DNA from: Octopus sinensis
Lineage: Eukaryota
Length of the DNA stretch: 64,000 nucleotides
NCBI RefSeq assembly: GCF_006345805.1
Contig: NC_042998.1
Coordinates: 137,640,001 to 137,704,000, forward strand
Reading direction: 5' to 3'
A program made the translations under genes and the position numbers. How positions within the stretch are numbered: position 1 is the stretch's first letter; every line of letters begins with the position of its first letter. Below the pieces are notes generated by a model, which was not told where the DNA came from, ran no database searches, and worked only from the letters and a program-made list of their open reading frames with translations. Below, piece after piece: positions 24,384 to 36,375 of this stretch.

Positions 24384-24930
24384 CAACATGACCATCTATA
24401 AGGCCTTAACGGGAAGTGGGATGAGTGTGTGTGCCTAACACTGGACTTGGGGAGAAGCCCTTTGCACTGTGCTTATCCAAATTTACCAGTATATTGATGG
24501 TGAGTGTGATAAAGATCACTAAATGATACATTCAGTGATAATACTCTTCTTGAGCGTGCACCATGATGTTGTAGGACTAACTGAAACTCGGATTAAAATA
24601 GTTATATTCCAGATAGGTTCTCTGAACCTGTCTGGGGAACATTGCCTGTTCAATACTTCTGTAATTAGCTTGTGGAGTAAGGACCCATAAGCATTTTCAA
24701 GGTCCAGCCACAACTCTACCAAGTCACCCATGTTCTTTTGAGCTTCTCTGATCAATTACTTAACCACATCTATATACTCTAGGTACACTAGTACATTTTG
24801 GATCCTTCCTTCTTGAATGGCTGTATCAATGTTGGAGTTCATCAGTAGGTAGTCTGTTAGGTCTCTAGCAACAATGCTTAGGAAAAGCATGAACAAATTC
24901 CTGCTTAGCTACCTCTACAAATCTAGTGAC
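24384..24930 (-). mobile_element. Hero/R2-group retrotransposon, RT N-terminal half (ends at catalytic motif)
   Basis: FLSIVARDLTDYLLMNSNIDTAIQEG...LIREAQKNMGDLVELWLDLENAYGSLLHKL...KKSIITECII...VKALIDG, the last corresponding to IRAFMDD. Confidence 0.85.
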
Positions 24931-26549
24931 TTTTGCTTCTGTTGGAAGTCATTTTTTTTATCATCCAGCATAGTAGACAATTCTGATCATAGTGAATGAT
25001 ATATTCTTTGAAACAGAGCTTTTATACTGAAGGTGTTTCACAACAACACTCCATTTCTGTAAAAAAATATTTAATACATGATGAATTTTGGGTACTAAAT
25101 TCTTTATTTTATCTTACTATAAAAACTGTTGAAACAGTTAAAAGTATTAGAACAACTATTGGGCAATTTGGCTATTTTGTGCATAATATTTTCAACAATA
25201 TCATGGCAATAAAATTATAATAGCCATTTAATACTTGCATATTATTCACTTTTGTTTTATTGTGCAACTGTATTATAGCATATATAGTTTCAACATCTTT
25301 TTCTCTATTATGAGTTTTTGGCACATTATAGGATAAAGTATAAAGTAAAAAATGGATATAACCGTTTTGGGCGGCGTTTTAAATGGCTATCATGACTCTT
25401 CCAGTATGTAATTGTTTCAGTTTCAGCACACCATCTCAGATCAAGTTACTTACCAAACATGTACAACTCCAAAATATTATTTATTAGCAAACCACAGCAC
25501 TTGCATAAGTAGCATCTAGCTTGTCATAGTTTTAAATAAATTCTTATATTAGTAGCAGTTTTGATTTACCAGATATTGAAACTATATAATTTCCACTAAA
25601 ATAGTAACTGTGTATTCAATACTGAATCAGTAGCAGATGAAATGGGTCATAGCAAAATTAGTTAATAAGCAAAAATAAAGGTCGGTCAAAAAGAAATTTG
25701 AAAGAAAGTCTCTTATACTTGGTTAACTTAATGCCAGCTGTATGTTGAACAAATTTTCATCCACCTTCTCTCTCTCCATTCACTCAATCTCTCAGTTCTC
25801 TGTTAAACAGAATGCAGAATCTTCTTGAAATGCATTTCACAGAAGGAATCTTTTTTTTTTCCATCCGTTATTAATATTTCAATAAAAAGTAATGAGTTTT
25901 ATTAATTTGACTTTTTTTGTCGAGAGAGAGAGAGAGAGAGAGGATATATTTCACTGACTTCAGAGTCAGAATTAAAGAATATGATGAAGCCAAGAAACAA
26001 TGAGAAAGAAGCTGCTTAACTTCTTTAGATAAAGAAAAATATAATATGCAAGCATGATTAATAACGAGTATGTTTTCAGTAGGAGTAGGATGAACACCTT
26101 TTATGATCTTTGGCTCTCGACAGACTAGTGAAATCAACAATAAACTTGATGTTCATCTTCGACTTCTATAAGTGGGCTTAGAATGAATTTCATGAACTAG
26201 ATGAAATTTTTCTGATGAAAAAAAAGGATTGGGGGAAGTGTTCATGTGAAATTTGGGATGAGATACAGAAAAGAGGAGATATAAAAACAATGAGTGATTT
26301 TGGGTGGAAGCAATAATGAGCTGTCTCATTCAAAAGGGCAAAATGTATTACTGTTGTAGCAGAAGTATGTCTTCAAGTCAATATTGTAGCCAATTGAGTG
26401 AATCTTTGCTAATCAGGTTGTTTCTTAGTGTAACTGAGTGCCATCCCAAACAAGTAAGTATTACTCAAATATAGTTCTCACTTGAGCTTTGTGAAAGGTC
26501 AGCAATTGATCAGGGCTAAAAAGAGAAACATGCAAATTTGGCCAAGTTA

Positions 26550-27711
26550 TATATTTGGTTGGAAAGAAAATTCTGTTACATCTTTGATATGATCACTTTG
26601 AAGGTACTTTTCCAAGTGAAATAAGCATTAATCTTTACAGTCTAATGTTTTTTTTTAATTTTCTTTGCAGTTTACTTTATACCATAGTAACTAAATTCAT
26701 ATTACTGTTATCCTTTTCAATTAGTTTAAATCAGACCTTTATCAGACACTGTTTGCTGCATGAATTCAAAAGGGCCCTTCAACAATGGAAGTGGCAAAGA
26801 ATATCCATTCTGTTTATGGAAGTGAAGCTTTACGTGTCCAGACATGCCAATGATGTTTTGACCAGTTTCACTCAGGAAATTTTTTTTTCCTTGCATATTC
26901 CTCTTGATCTGGAAAACTATGTTCTGAAACTGTAGTTGAGAAAACCCAAGGCAAACTGCACAAGAATTAGCAAAACGGCCAGTTTAAGTCACATTTCATG
27001 AACTAGGAAAAGTGCCTAAACTTGGTCAGTGGGTCCCTCATCTGACCACTTCACAGTTTAATCAGAGAATTTCCCCCTGTTTGTCCTTGAGGAGTAGACT
27101 TGTTACCAAACCTTTCCTGTATAGAATCATCACTTGTGATGAAATGCAGGTTCCCTACAACCATATCTTACAAAAACAACAATGGTTAGCAAACAGTGGA
27201 AAAAGAGAATCCATTTCCAAACCCAAAAAACAAAATGGTCAGTGTAATGATATATTGTTGTCAACTGGAAACATTGCACTAAAATTTGCAGAAAAAGTGT
27301 TCATCATTGGTCAGTCATAAAAGTGTGTTGCTCTTACATGATAATGCAAGATCACATATGATCCAAGTCACTCAGAAAAAGATGATGGCACTAATTATGA
27401 AAGTTTTGGCTTGTCCTATTCTTGTGACATTGCTTCATCTGACTATCATCTTTTCAGATCAATGCAACATTATTTAGAGAGAAAACAGTTTATCAATTGT
27501 GAAGTGGTTTAAAATGATATTGAGTGTTTCTTAGCTTCAAAACCTGGAGAACTTTATGCTCAAGGGATCAACAATTTGCCAAGTGGATGGGAATATGTTA
27601 TCAATAAGGAGGGGAAATATTATCTTGATTAAATTTATTACTGAAGACCAAAGAAGAATTTAGTTCTTTTCCATCTTCTGAAAATATTACAGGACTTTCT
27701 GGCTGACCTAA
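26550..27711 (+). mobile_element. Decayed mariner (DD34D)
   Basis: IRHCLLHEFK, KLGQWVPH, PFLYRIITCDE, LLHDNARSH, QGINNLPSGW. Right TIR ...CTTTCTGGCTGACCTAA; left TIR eroded, so the start is approximate. Confidence 0.85.
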
Positions 27712-27990
27712 CTTGTTACAATGTGAGATTGTCAGAGACTGTGATACATGTAGTGATGCTGTTGACGAGGACTTATCATATCACTTTGGAGGATATGATG
27801 GAAATAGTACAAGTCTGGGTTGAAGTTGCATGTGGGTAATGTTCAAATATTGAAGATTATAAGAGAATGGAAGGTGCTGTGATATGTACTGGAATGTGTG
27901 TGTGGCTAAAAGTTGGTTGCTATTGTATGAAAGAAGAATGCAGAAGACAACTGAAGTTTGAGGTATGCCAGAATTGTATAGAAAGTAAGT

Positions 27991-29518
27991 CAGAAAAGGA
28001 CCCCTCCATGTAATTTGCACACCTGTGTAATTTACACAGGTGATTTTCAGGATAAAAATTGTTAAAAAAAAGCTTCTACTCATGTAAAATTCGCACCCAA
28101 AAGTTTTCAGAATTGTTGATATGGCCAAGGAAAAAAAGGTTTTCAATTTAGTTGTATTTAGCATAATTTCACTTATGATCAGATTTTATTGAATTTTCAT
28201 TGAATAAAAATAATTTGTTTAACAGGTATCACATTAGAAGCTATTAAATTACGAAGTGTTTGTGTTGTTTATAATAAACTTTATTTTACATTTCTTGCCC
28301 ATAAGAGATTATGTCTGATCTTTAGCACATTTCTGTATGCCTTCTCAAATCACAATCACAGGAAAGTTGTTGATAATTCTTATCAACAAAAACAAAGCTG
28401 ATAAATATGCACAAGTGTTGCAAAATACATTTAATTAGCAATAAACATCAGCTTAGATGACACTTTACTCAACCAATGGAAGAAAGTGACTGATCAAACT
28501 GATTATGTAAACACAAGTTGAAAGTGTCTTGTCTCAAGCTCTAATTTTCTGCCTATTCTTGTCCGAACCTTTGATACGGAGTATCGAAATTTTAATCCCT
28601 TTCACATTTCAAGCAAACTTAGAAATTTGTCATTTTAGCCAGGAGACCAACCTGATAGTTTGGTAACCCACTAAAATAAACATTAAAAATCCAAAGGAGG
28701 AAATAAACAGCTTTGTAAGTTTAACTCAGTGTTTATTGAACAAGAAAGGTGCGAATTTTAAGAAGCAACTTGTTAGAATATACATGTCTGTGAGAAGACA
28801 TATCCAAGAATAGCAAAAATCTACTATACCAAAAGAACTGGTAATACATTACAAGTGTTCTATGAAGAGAACATAAGATTGCTGCATAAGTCAATATAAA
28901 TGTGAAATGACATTAAACATCGTATAAGGTAAATGAAGGTTTCTGTAGGAACGCTAAGTCATATTCACTTAGTGAGTTTACATGTGCAAAGATGAATTAT
29001 GAAGTCATTGTCGACATTACATGCAGTAAAAGCTGATAGTGGTGATATCGGCAGTGAGGAATTTCATTGTGTTGTAACGTGAAGAAAGCGAGCAAATAGC
29101 TTCCTGGTGCAAATGCAAGCTAAATTCTCTAAGCAGAGAAAAACCGATATATTTAAGGAGATTGTTGGGCTCCATTGCAATAGGTAGAAACTCCAAGCAA
29201 TGTATAAAATATGGCCTGGACCATGATTATCAGTATGAACGTCAAACTTCAAAAAGTGGTTACCCATTTAATGGTTTTAGTAAATTTATACAGAAAACGT
29301 AAGCATTATACTATCCAGAATAAATAAAAGTCAACTTCATTATATTTTTTCTGTAAAAATCTATTCTGACATTAAATGAGTCAACTTCTCGTATGTCATT
29401 TTTCAACAAAAAAAATTTCTAAAAGAATTCTGGAAACGATCTACTCATATAATTTACACACCCCTGAAAATTTTTGTTTTTGTGACAAAAAGTGCGTAAA
29501 TTATATGGGTTTTTACAG
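27991..29518. mobile_element. Tc2/pogo-like DNA transposon relic
   Basis: Right end rc CTGTAAAAACCCATATAATTTACGCAC plus TA matches left CCATGTAATTTGCACAC. Subterminal 23 bp palindrome CACCTGTGTAA-T-TTACACAGGTG at 28020-28042. Coding content not convincingly readable. Confidence 0.5.
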
Positions 29519-29926
29519 TAATCGGAAACTGAGTTTCCAAATATGTTGAATAGCACTCAGTCAAGCAACATAGCTAAGAGGCTCTTGTGCCAGACAGTCA
29601 AGCGTTTTGTTAGTGATAAGGGCAATTGAAGTGCTTTTATTAAGTTCTCCAGAGCAAAAGGTTGTAGCTGGATTAAGTAGGAAAGCCTTTGATAGATCTG
29701 ACTTAGACAAACCATACTAAGGTGGGAAACAATCATCATCATCATTGTTCAACCATTGGGTGGCTTTTAAATTAGTATATAGCTTTTAAGCAACTGACCC
29801 TGAATGGGAAGATCTGCAAACAGATCGCTGACTTGTTTTGGAGAATTTGTTGCAATTTCTTCCTCCAGAGTCATATCCCAATGATGATCATATTTGTCAT
29901 AAAAAAAAAAAAAGAAAGAAATCAAC

Positions 29927-30185
29927 GAAAACAATTGCAGTAATGAAACCACAGGGATCTTAAATTTCAGGATTGCAGGTCCAGATTCAGCCCAGAATGT
30001 TTTTAATTTACTCACAGAGAAAGCCTTTCAATTATATAAATTGTTATCATACAAAAAACTACGTCCCAAAAAGTCACGTAAAAAAAACTGCCAAAAACAA
30101 TCACAGTAATGAAAACTTGAGAATCCAAAATTTCAGGATTGTGGGTCCAGATTCGGCCCAGAATATTTTTAATTTACTCACAGAG
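29927..30185. repeat. ~92 bp direct repeat pair (29927-30019, 30094-30185)
   Basis: AAAACAAT..CAGTAATGAAA...AATTTCAGGATTG.GGTCCAGATTC.GCCCAGAAT.TTTTTAATTTACTCACAGAG twice. Confidence 0.9.
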
Positions 30186-30289
30186 TCAGCCTGATTCCAA
30201 AATGGTATATGTTGGGCTATGGCCTCTAGGAGTAAAGTTGAAACAGTGTGACACACTGACATTCACATTTATTATATTATATTACATTA

Positions 30290-30495
30290 CGGCGGCAAGC
30301 TGACAGAATCGCTAGCATGCCAGGTGAAATGCTTCACAGTATACCATCTGCCATTAGGTTTTGAGTTTGAATTCTGCCGAGGTCGACTTTACCTTTCATC
30401 CTTTCAGGCTTGATAAAACTGGGCCGATGTAATCGACTTAATGCCTTGCCTCCAAATTTGAGGCCTTGTGCTTCCAGCAGGAAAGATTTATTAAA
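30290..30495 (+). mobile_element. tRNA-headed SINE (family C)
   Basis: GGCGGCAAGCTGACAGAATCGCTAGC head, GAGTTTGAATTC B-box-like, GAGGTCGACTTTACCTTTCATCC, TTTATTA tail. Related copies at ~32445-32655 and ~53680-53885. Confidence 0.85.
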
Positions 30496-31028
30496 GTTGA
30501 AAAAATGTGAAACACTGATATTCACATTTATTATATAAGTTGTGTTTAATTTTGGGGAAACTTTATCTCAATTAAAGTGCATTTTATATATGTGTGTATA
30601 TATTAAAGAAAGCAAAAAATAAAACAAAAATGATAGTGTTCAGTATGTTGGTGGCAGGAATTTCTGTCAAAGAGACATGGTTAAACAAAGTTGTACATCA
30701 TCTCCCTCTTTCTCTCACATACACACTCTTTCTGTCTCTTTTATTATTACTCCCACTGCCACCATTATACTTACTACTTTTCATAAAACACCATTAACTC
30801 TCCCTGTCCCTCTTTCCCTCTCTTTTCTCTGTCTTCACCACTGCCCTCACCATCTCTATGCCTACTATTACTCTCACCCAATCATATGGAATAGTAGGAG
30901 TGTCACTGAATAGTGAGAGGGAGGTCTAAATGTGACACAGTAATTAGTTTTTGTATTTATTATATTATATATATTTATTATATATATATATAGGTTGAAA
31001 AAAGATTAGAGATCTATACAAATCAAAT

Positions 31029-31255
31029 TTTTATATATAAAAGATGGAAGTAGAAATAGCATAGAATCAATTTAATAAAATGATTTTTAAAATTATATAA
31101 AGAAAATATGACTGGTTTTGATGATGAATCATCTCTTCTGATATCAGTAAAAATTTATAAAAATTTGAAGTAAAAACAGTTTATCTTCTGTCTGAGGGTG
31201 AAATGTCTTAGATTTACTTCTGTGCTATTTCTACCTCCATCTTTTATATATAAAA
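31029..31255. mobile_element. Unclassified MITE-like element with 38 bp inverted repeats
   Basis: 31029-31066 and 31218-31255 are reverse complements with 2 mismatches. Confidence 0.7.
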
Positions 31256-31489
31256 GCTCATAAATCTAGTACACTTAGATACACCATGTTTTTGCAGTGT
31301 TTGCTTGAACAGAAGTGAGAGAGTGTACATTAGATTGTTTTCATGCTGGATTAAGTTAGATTTGTAGCATAGTAATTATGAACATATTCTGATGCAGTAT
31401 TGTTTCAGAGGCCCTATATATGTAGGCCCGACCATGTCTTGCTTCTAGCGCTTCTTCACCCAACTGCACTTCATTTGTATTACACCCTT

Positions 31490-31830
31490 TATCTTTTACA
31501 TGTTTCTGTCTTTGTACTGTGGCTATGCTGGGGCACTGCCTTGACGGGTTTAGTCAAACAAATTGACCCCAGTCTGGTTTTTATTCTATTTGTCTCTTTT
31601 GCCAAACAGCTAACTTATGGGGATGTAAATAAACCAACAGTAGGGTGGTATGAGGACAAACATACACATGACACATGACTGAGTTCCATTTACGAAATTT
31701 ACTCACAAGACATTGGTTAGCCAAGGGCTATAATAGGAGACACTTGCTCATGGTACTGTGCAATGGGACTAAACCTGAAACCGCATGGTTGCAAACTGAG
31801 CTTATTAACCATACAACCATGCCTGCACCT
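31490..31830 (-). mobile_element. Degenerate SINE family A
   Basis: CTGTGGCTATGCTGGGGCACTGCC...GATGTAAATAAACC...ACTCACAAG...CCTGAAACCGCATGG. Confidence 0.8.
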
Positions 31831-33919
31831 GTATATCTATAACAGTCCAGCTGTTTTCTCCAACATATTAACTAATGCCTTCAAATGTTTAACAACTTTC
31901 TCTCCTTACACATACTCAGCTTTTCAAACAAATTAACATAGCTCATCCAACAGATCATATTTAATTTCTTTCTGTCGCTCTTTGTTTTTGTACCTCTGTT
32001 CTACATTTCATGTCACTGCATGTGCATGTGTGTGTATTTGTGTGTATATGTTTATGTATGTCTGCATTGATTGTGGTAATAAAGTACACACTACTTCCAA
32101 CTATTTATTATACATATGTATGGATATACATCCTTTTGTCTATGCATAGAGTGGGGATCAAAGGATACTGCATCACTAATTCAATCCAGTGAGCACTCTT
32201 CAAACAGCATTACACCCATCTTGGTTTACTCATGTTATACTATATATATATGAATGCACACATATCCCACACCTATAAGCATGTACAATGTGTTCTAGTG
32301 CAGAGTCTCTCATGGGTGGAAGGACAAATTGCCATGTTTAATATGATTTTTTTGTTTTTTCGTTTAAATTTTTCTTTTTTCAACTCTGACTCAGTAAGGC
32401 TGGTTACTTGATTTCCATCACAACATTCCTCCTGACAATAGTCCATTGCTAGGATTCAAGGCCCGCAGTTTTATGGGGAGGAGACAAGTTAGTGTAACTG
32501 GCCCCAGTACTTGACTGCTATGTTATTTTATTGACCACAAAGAGATGATAGGCAAAGTTGGCCTATTTGAACTTAGAGTGTAAAGAGTCAGAAGAAATGC
32601 CATTAAGTATTTTGTCTGTTATGCTAATGACTTTGCCGGCCTTGCATTTTGATTAATAGTATTAGTTAGTTTTAAACTTTTTTTAATGTGTTTAATACCA
32701 TGGGCAAACAAAGAATTACATGGTTGCAAACCTTTATTTTGTCTTATTAATAAAGAAGGGAACAAAAATTTTCACCAGTATTTGGTAGGGAACTGGGGTT
32801 ACAGTTTGAAAAAAAATTGCTGTTTTAGTTGTGTGGATAGATAAGATTGATAGTAATGTTAATAGTGTTCTTTTTCTGCATTCATTTTAAAATTTGTTTT
32901 GAGTCTTGGCAGTAGTTTCGCATTTAACTAGAAGAACCGAAATCTAAATTTTAATAAGATTTTAGTGTTTTTGTTTTTTGTTTTTTTTTTATTTTTATAT
33001 AGTAAAAATTGAAAAAAAAAAAATTTTTTTCATTTAATTGTGATATTGATTGGTCATCTGTAGTTACACACCTTGCTGAACATGGAATTAACAAATGGAA
33101 AATTGCATTACCTTGGTTAATAATATCCTGTACTTAAAGAATGGGAAGTATAATTATCTGTTCTTGAGGAACAAGGATGGTTGCAATTACATGTGAGCTA
33201 AGAGTATCCTGAGAATTGTTGAAACTCTTCTAATCTGTTTCATTGATGCACACTAATATTTTGCATTAATCTCAAATAAGTTATTCATAAAACAATCCTG
33301 AAACCTTAAATTATTATTTTTCTTCTTATGAAAAGGAGGGGGGGAAAATTGAATTTTCTGTCTTTTGAGAAATTCCAATTTCATAACTGCCTATAGTTCA
33401 CTATCTACAATGTTTTCATGCTATTTTTCAAGTTGTTTATTTTTTTCTGTTTGGTTGCACAACTTCATGCATTGATCCTACATGTTCATTGAACATCAAT
33501 TACAATAATACTGTATTTTAAAAAAATTTATTAATCTTTTGAAATCTGAATAAATTTACATTTGATTCTCAGGTTTTAGTTTTTTTTTTACTTTGAGATC
33601 AGTTAAACGGGTTGCTTTACTATGAAATGTGATGAACTATGAGTAATTTACTGCAAATTAACTCTTAACTCTTTAGCTTTCAGATTACTCTGTCATATGT
33701 AATACTTATTACTTTTATCTTTTACTTGTTTCAGTCATGAGATTGCAGTCATACTGGGGCACTGCTTTGAAGAATCTTTTAGTCAAATGAATTGACCCTA
33801 GTACTTATCTTTTTAAAGACTGGTCTATCAGTCTCTCTTGCTGAAATGTTAAGTTACAGAGTCGTAAACACACTAACACCAGTTGCCAAGCAGTGGTTGT
33901 GGGACATGCATGCATACAT

Positions 33920-34295
33920 ACATTTGGTCAGGTCATCTCCCGTGTATGAGTGATATTAGAATTCCAAAACAACTTCTCTTTGGCCAATTTCCAACAGGGA
34001 GGTCAGTTGGAGGGCCACTCTTGCACTTCAGAGACAAACTAAAAGACAATCTGAAGTGATGCAACATTCCCTTTTCTTCCTGGGAAAGCAAAGCATCAGA
34101 ACACAAGACCTGGCACCAGTTCTGCTTCTCCTTAGTTCAAAGATTTGAGCAGTCAACTCCAACATTGGGACCAACTTTGTGCAAGCATGAAGGCACACTG
34201 GCAAAACGCTGCTCTTCTAAATGAAAACCTTACTTGTCATTGTGGTTTTGTGGCATGAAGCAAAGCAGGCCTTGCCATCCATTCAAGAAAACACA
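33920..34295 (+). mobile_element. RTE-BovB-like LINE 3' relic
   Basis: WSGHL..MSDIRIPKQLLFGQF..GRSVGGP..HFRDKLKDNLK and a terminal C-x-C / SKAGLAIHSRKH zinc-finger-like end. Confidence 0.75.
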
Positions 34296-34463
34296 TAGTA
34301 AACAATCCACAAGCACTCAAGTAAACTGAGTCTTCAACTTGTTCCATTTGCTGAAAAGTTTGCCAGGCACCAATAAGCTTCAGGAGACACATCCATGTCC
34401 ATAGAACATGATTATTGCTTTATTTTACTGAACCCTCATTTGTCATTCACAATGAGAGAATCT

Positions 34464-34466
<3 letters not shown>

Positions 34467-34527
<61 letters not shown>

Positions 34528-34529
34528 TA
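34467..34529. repeat. (TA)n(CA)n microsatellite
   Basis: Direct reading. Confidence 0.95.
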
Positions 34530-35361
34530 CAGAGAGTGATGGCTAAATTGCTGCCATTTTATATTTTTAATATTACACATGTGTGTTGTTTGTTTTTGAT
34601 AACTACACAGTATAGTTGGGCACCGTCTGTAAAAAAAAAAAACAGCGCCATAACGCAATTCACTCTGCCAGAAAATTGGAATTGATATGCTGTACTGCTT
34701 GGCATTCACACCAGAGGCTCCAATATGAACATTTCAGAATGTTTGGGTGTCAATCTGAGGACAGTGCATGTATTGAGAGTGATAAAAATTAAACATCCAG
34801 TCAACATCATGGCGTTTGGAGTGATCACTAGTGATGGCAACGACATGCCTCCATTCATCTTCCCACATGGCCTCAGACACAACACGGAGGCCTACATCAA
34901 TTTCCTGGAGGAGGTAGTGCTGCCCTGGGTCAAGAGGGTGACCGCTGGAAGACCCTATATCTCGCAACAGGATTCTGCACCATACCACACAAGCAGGAGA
35001 ATCCAGTCATGGCTGTCAGACAATTTCTGCGACTACATTACTCCTAACATCTGGCCACCTAACCCTCAGACTGCAACCCCCTTCATTATTATGTGTGGGG
35101 CACAGTTGAGCAAGAGACTAACAAAACTCCTTGTAACACCAAAGATGAACTGAAGGCAAGGATTATGGCAGCATTCACCAACTTAAACAAGGAGACTGTC
35201 CAGAGATTCCAAGACATCAGGAGGCCATGGTTGAAACCAATGGCAATTTTATTGAATAAATTTACTCTTTAGTATTTCAAGATATTTTTATGTTAAAATG
35301 AGATGTCTGTGTTATTTTCATTTTTGTTTAATTTAGAGGACAATATATTCACCACACCCTA
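34530..35361 (+). mobile_element. Internally deleted maT (DD37D) transposon
   Basis: IMAFGVITSDG..MPPFIFPHGL, QQDSAPYH, IWPPN(S)PDCNPL(D>H)YYVWG, with 37 residues between the 2nd and 3rd D. The first-D region is deleted. Degenerate TIRs TA|CAGAGAGTGATGGCTAAATTG and rc TA|TAGGGTGTGGTGAATATATTG. Confidence 0.88.
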
Positions 35362-35403
35362 TATATATACATACAGGGTGATCAGATGAAATGTAGACAT
35401 ATA

Positions 35404-36375
35404 TTGACAACAACATCTGTCCTAGAAACAGTTAAATCCCAAAGAACCATAAGGAACTAATCAACTGAGCTCACATAAGCTTCAAGCTGGTAAAGCCAAT
35501 ATCCTTTGTGTTACAAGCAAAAAAAAAAAAAAAAATTTAGCAGCAAGTTCTGCTTCACATTTAGCAGCACACAGAAACCATCCATTACTGAGGCACCAAT
35601 AAAGTGCCTGGGAAAGAGATGTTTGATTGCAACTGAAAAGATACAACATCCATCCAAGAACCAACCAAGAGTTGGAAGCCTAACTAGCTGAAGTGAACAA
35701 GTCAGGCCAACCTGGCAAGCTCAATGCTTAGATATACCAAACTGGCATCCACCCACAGGAGATCTATGAGATCCTGATATACATAGTTTAGGGTTTTGAG
35801 AAGAGAGTAAACAGGTTTCTGCGGAAGTAGCTGGGACTGCCTTGGAGCTTGAGCAGCATTAACTAGCATGAACAGAACAACAGATTGAAGCTCCACATCA
35901 GCAGCTGTGATGCAAAAGTTTTTGAGGATGATATTGAAGTCAAGACAGCACAGAAATGGAGAGCAGTAGAAATTGTAAATGATGCAAAGTTGCAACTGAG
36001 TTATAGAATGCCAGAGTGTAGTGTCTTGTGAGAGAGCCAGTCTGGGAAACAGCACAACAATAAGTGATAAGAACACAAGGTTATTGGTCCAGAATGAAGA
36101 GGAAACACATTGTAGGAAGAGCAAGTTAGCAAGATGATAGGAACGCAGAAACAGGAAGCCTAAGAATAGCAGTAGAGTGTGAAGTCTGAGCCCCTTTGAA
36201 TAAAATTCTTGATTCAAGTGGTCTACAATATTCTACCAAGTCCATCCAACTTGTTCTGCTGAAGAAAATGGAACCACTAACTTCTGTGGTTTTAGAGAAA
36301 GACCTTGAAGTACATTCTGAGCATCAACTTTCACAACAGATTTACATTATTTCTATAAACGATTGCCGAGCCTCA
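35404..36375 (+). mobile_element. Hero/R2-group retrotransposon, C-terminal half (post-catalytic RT to zinc-knuckle region)
   Basis: TTTSV, SFK, PSITEAPIKCLGK, NQELEA*LAEVNKSGQPGKLNA*IYQ, KFLIQVVYNILPSPSNLF, KTLKYILS, TIAE occur in the expected order, with many stops. Confidence 0.85.

Noticed and set aside
35702-36217. 171 aa hydrophobic minus-strand ORF resembling a membrane protein
   Set aside because: It is the antisense of the purine-rich Hero retrotransposon relic.
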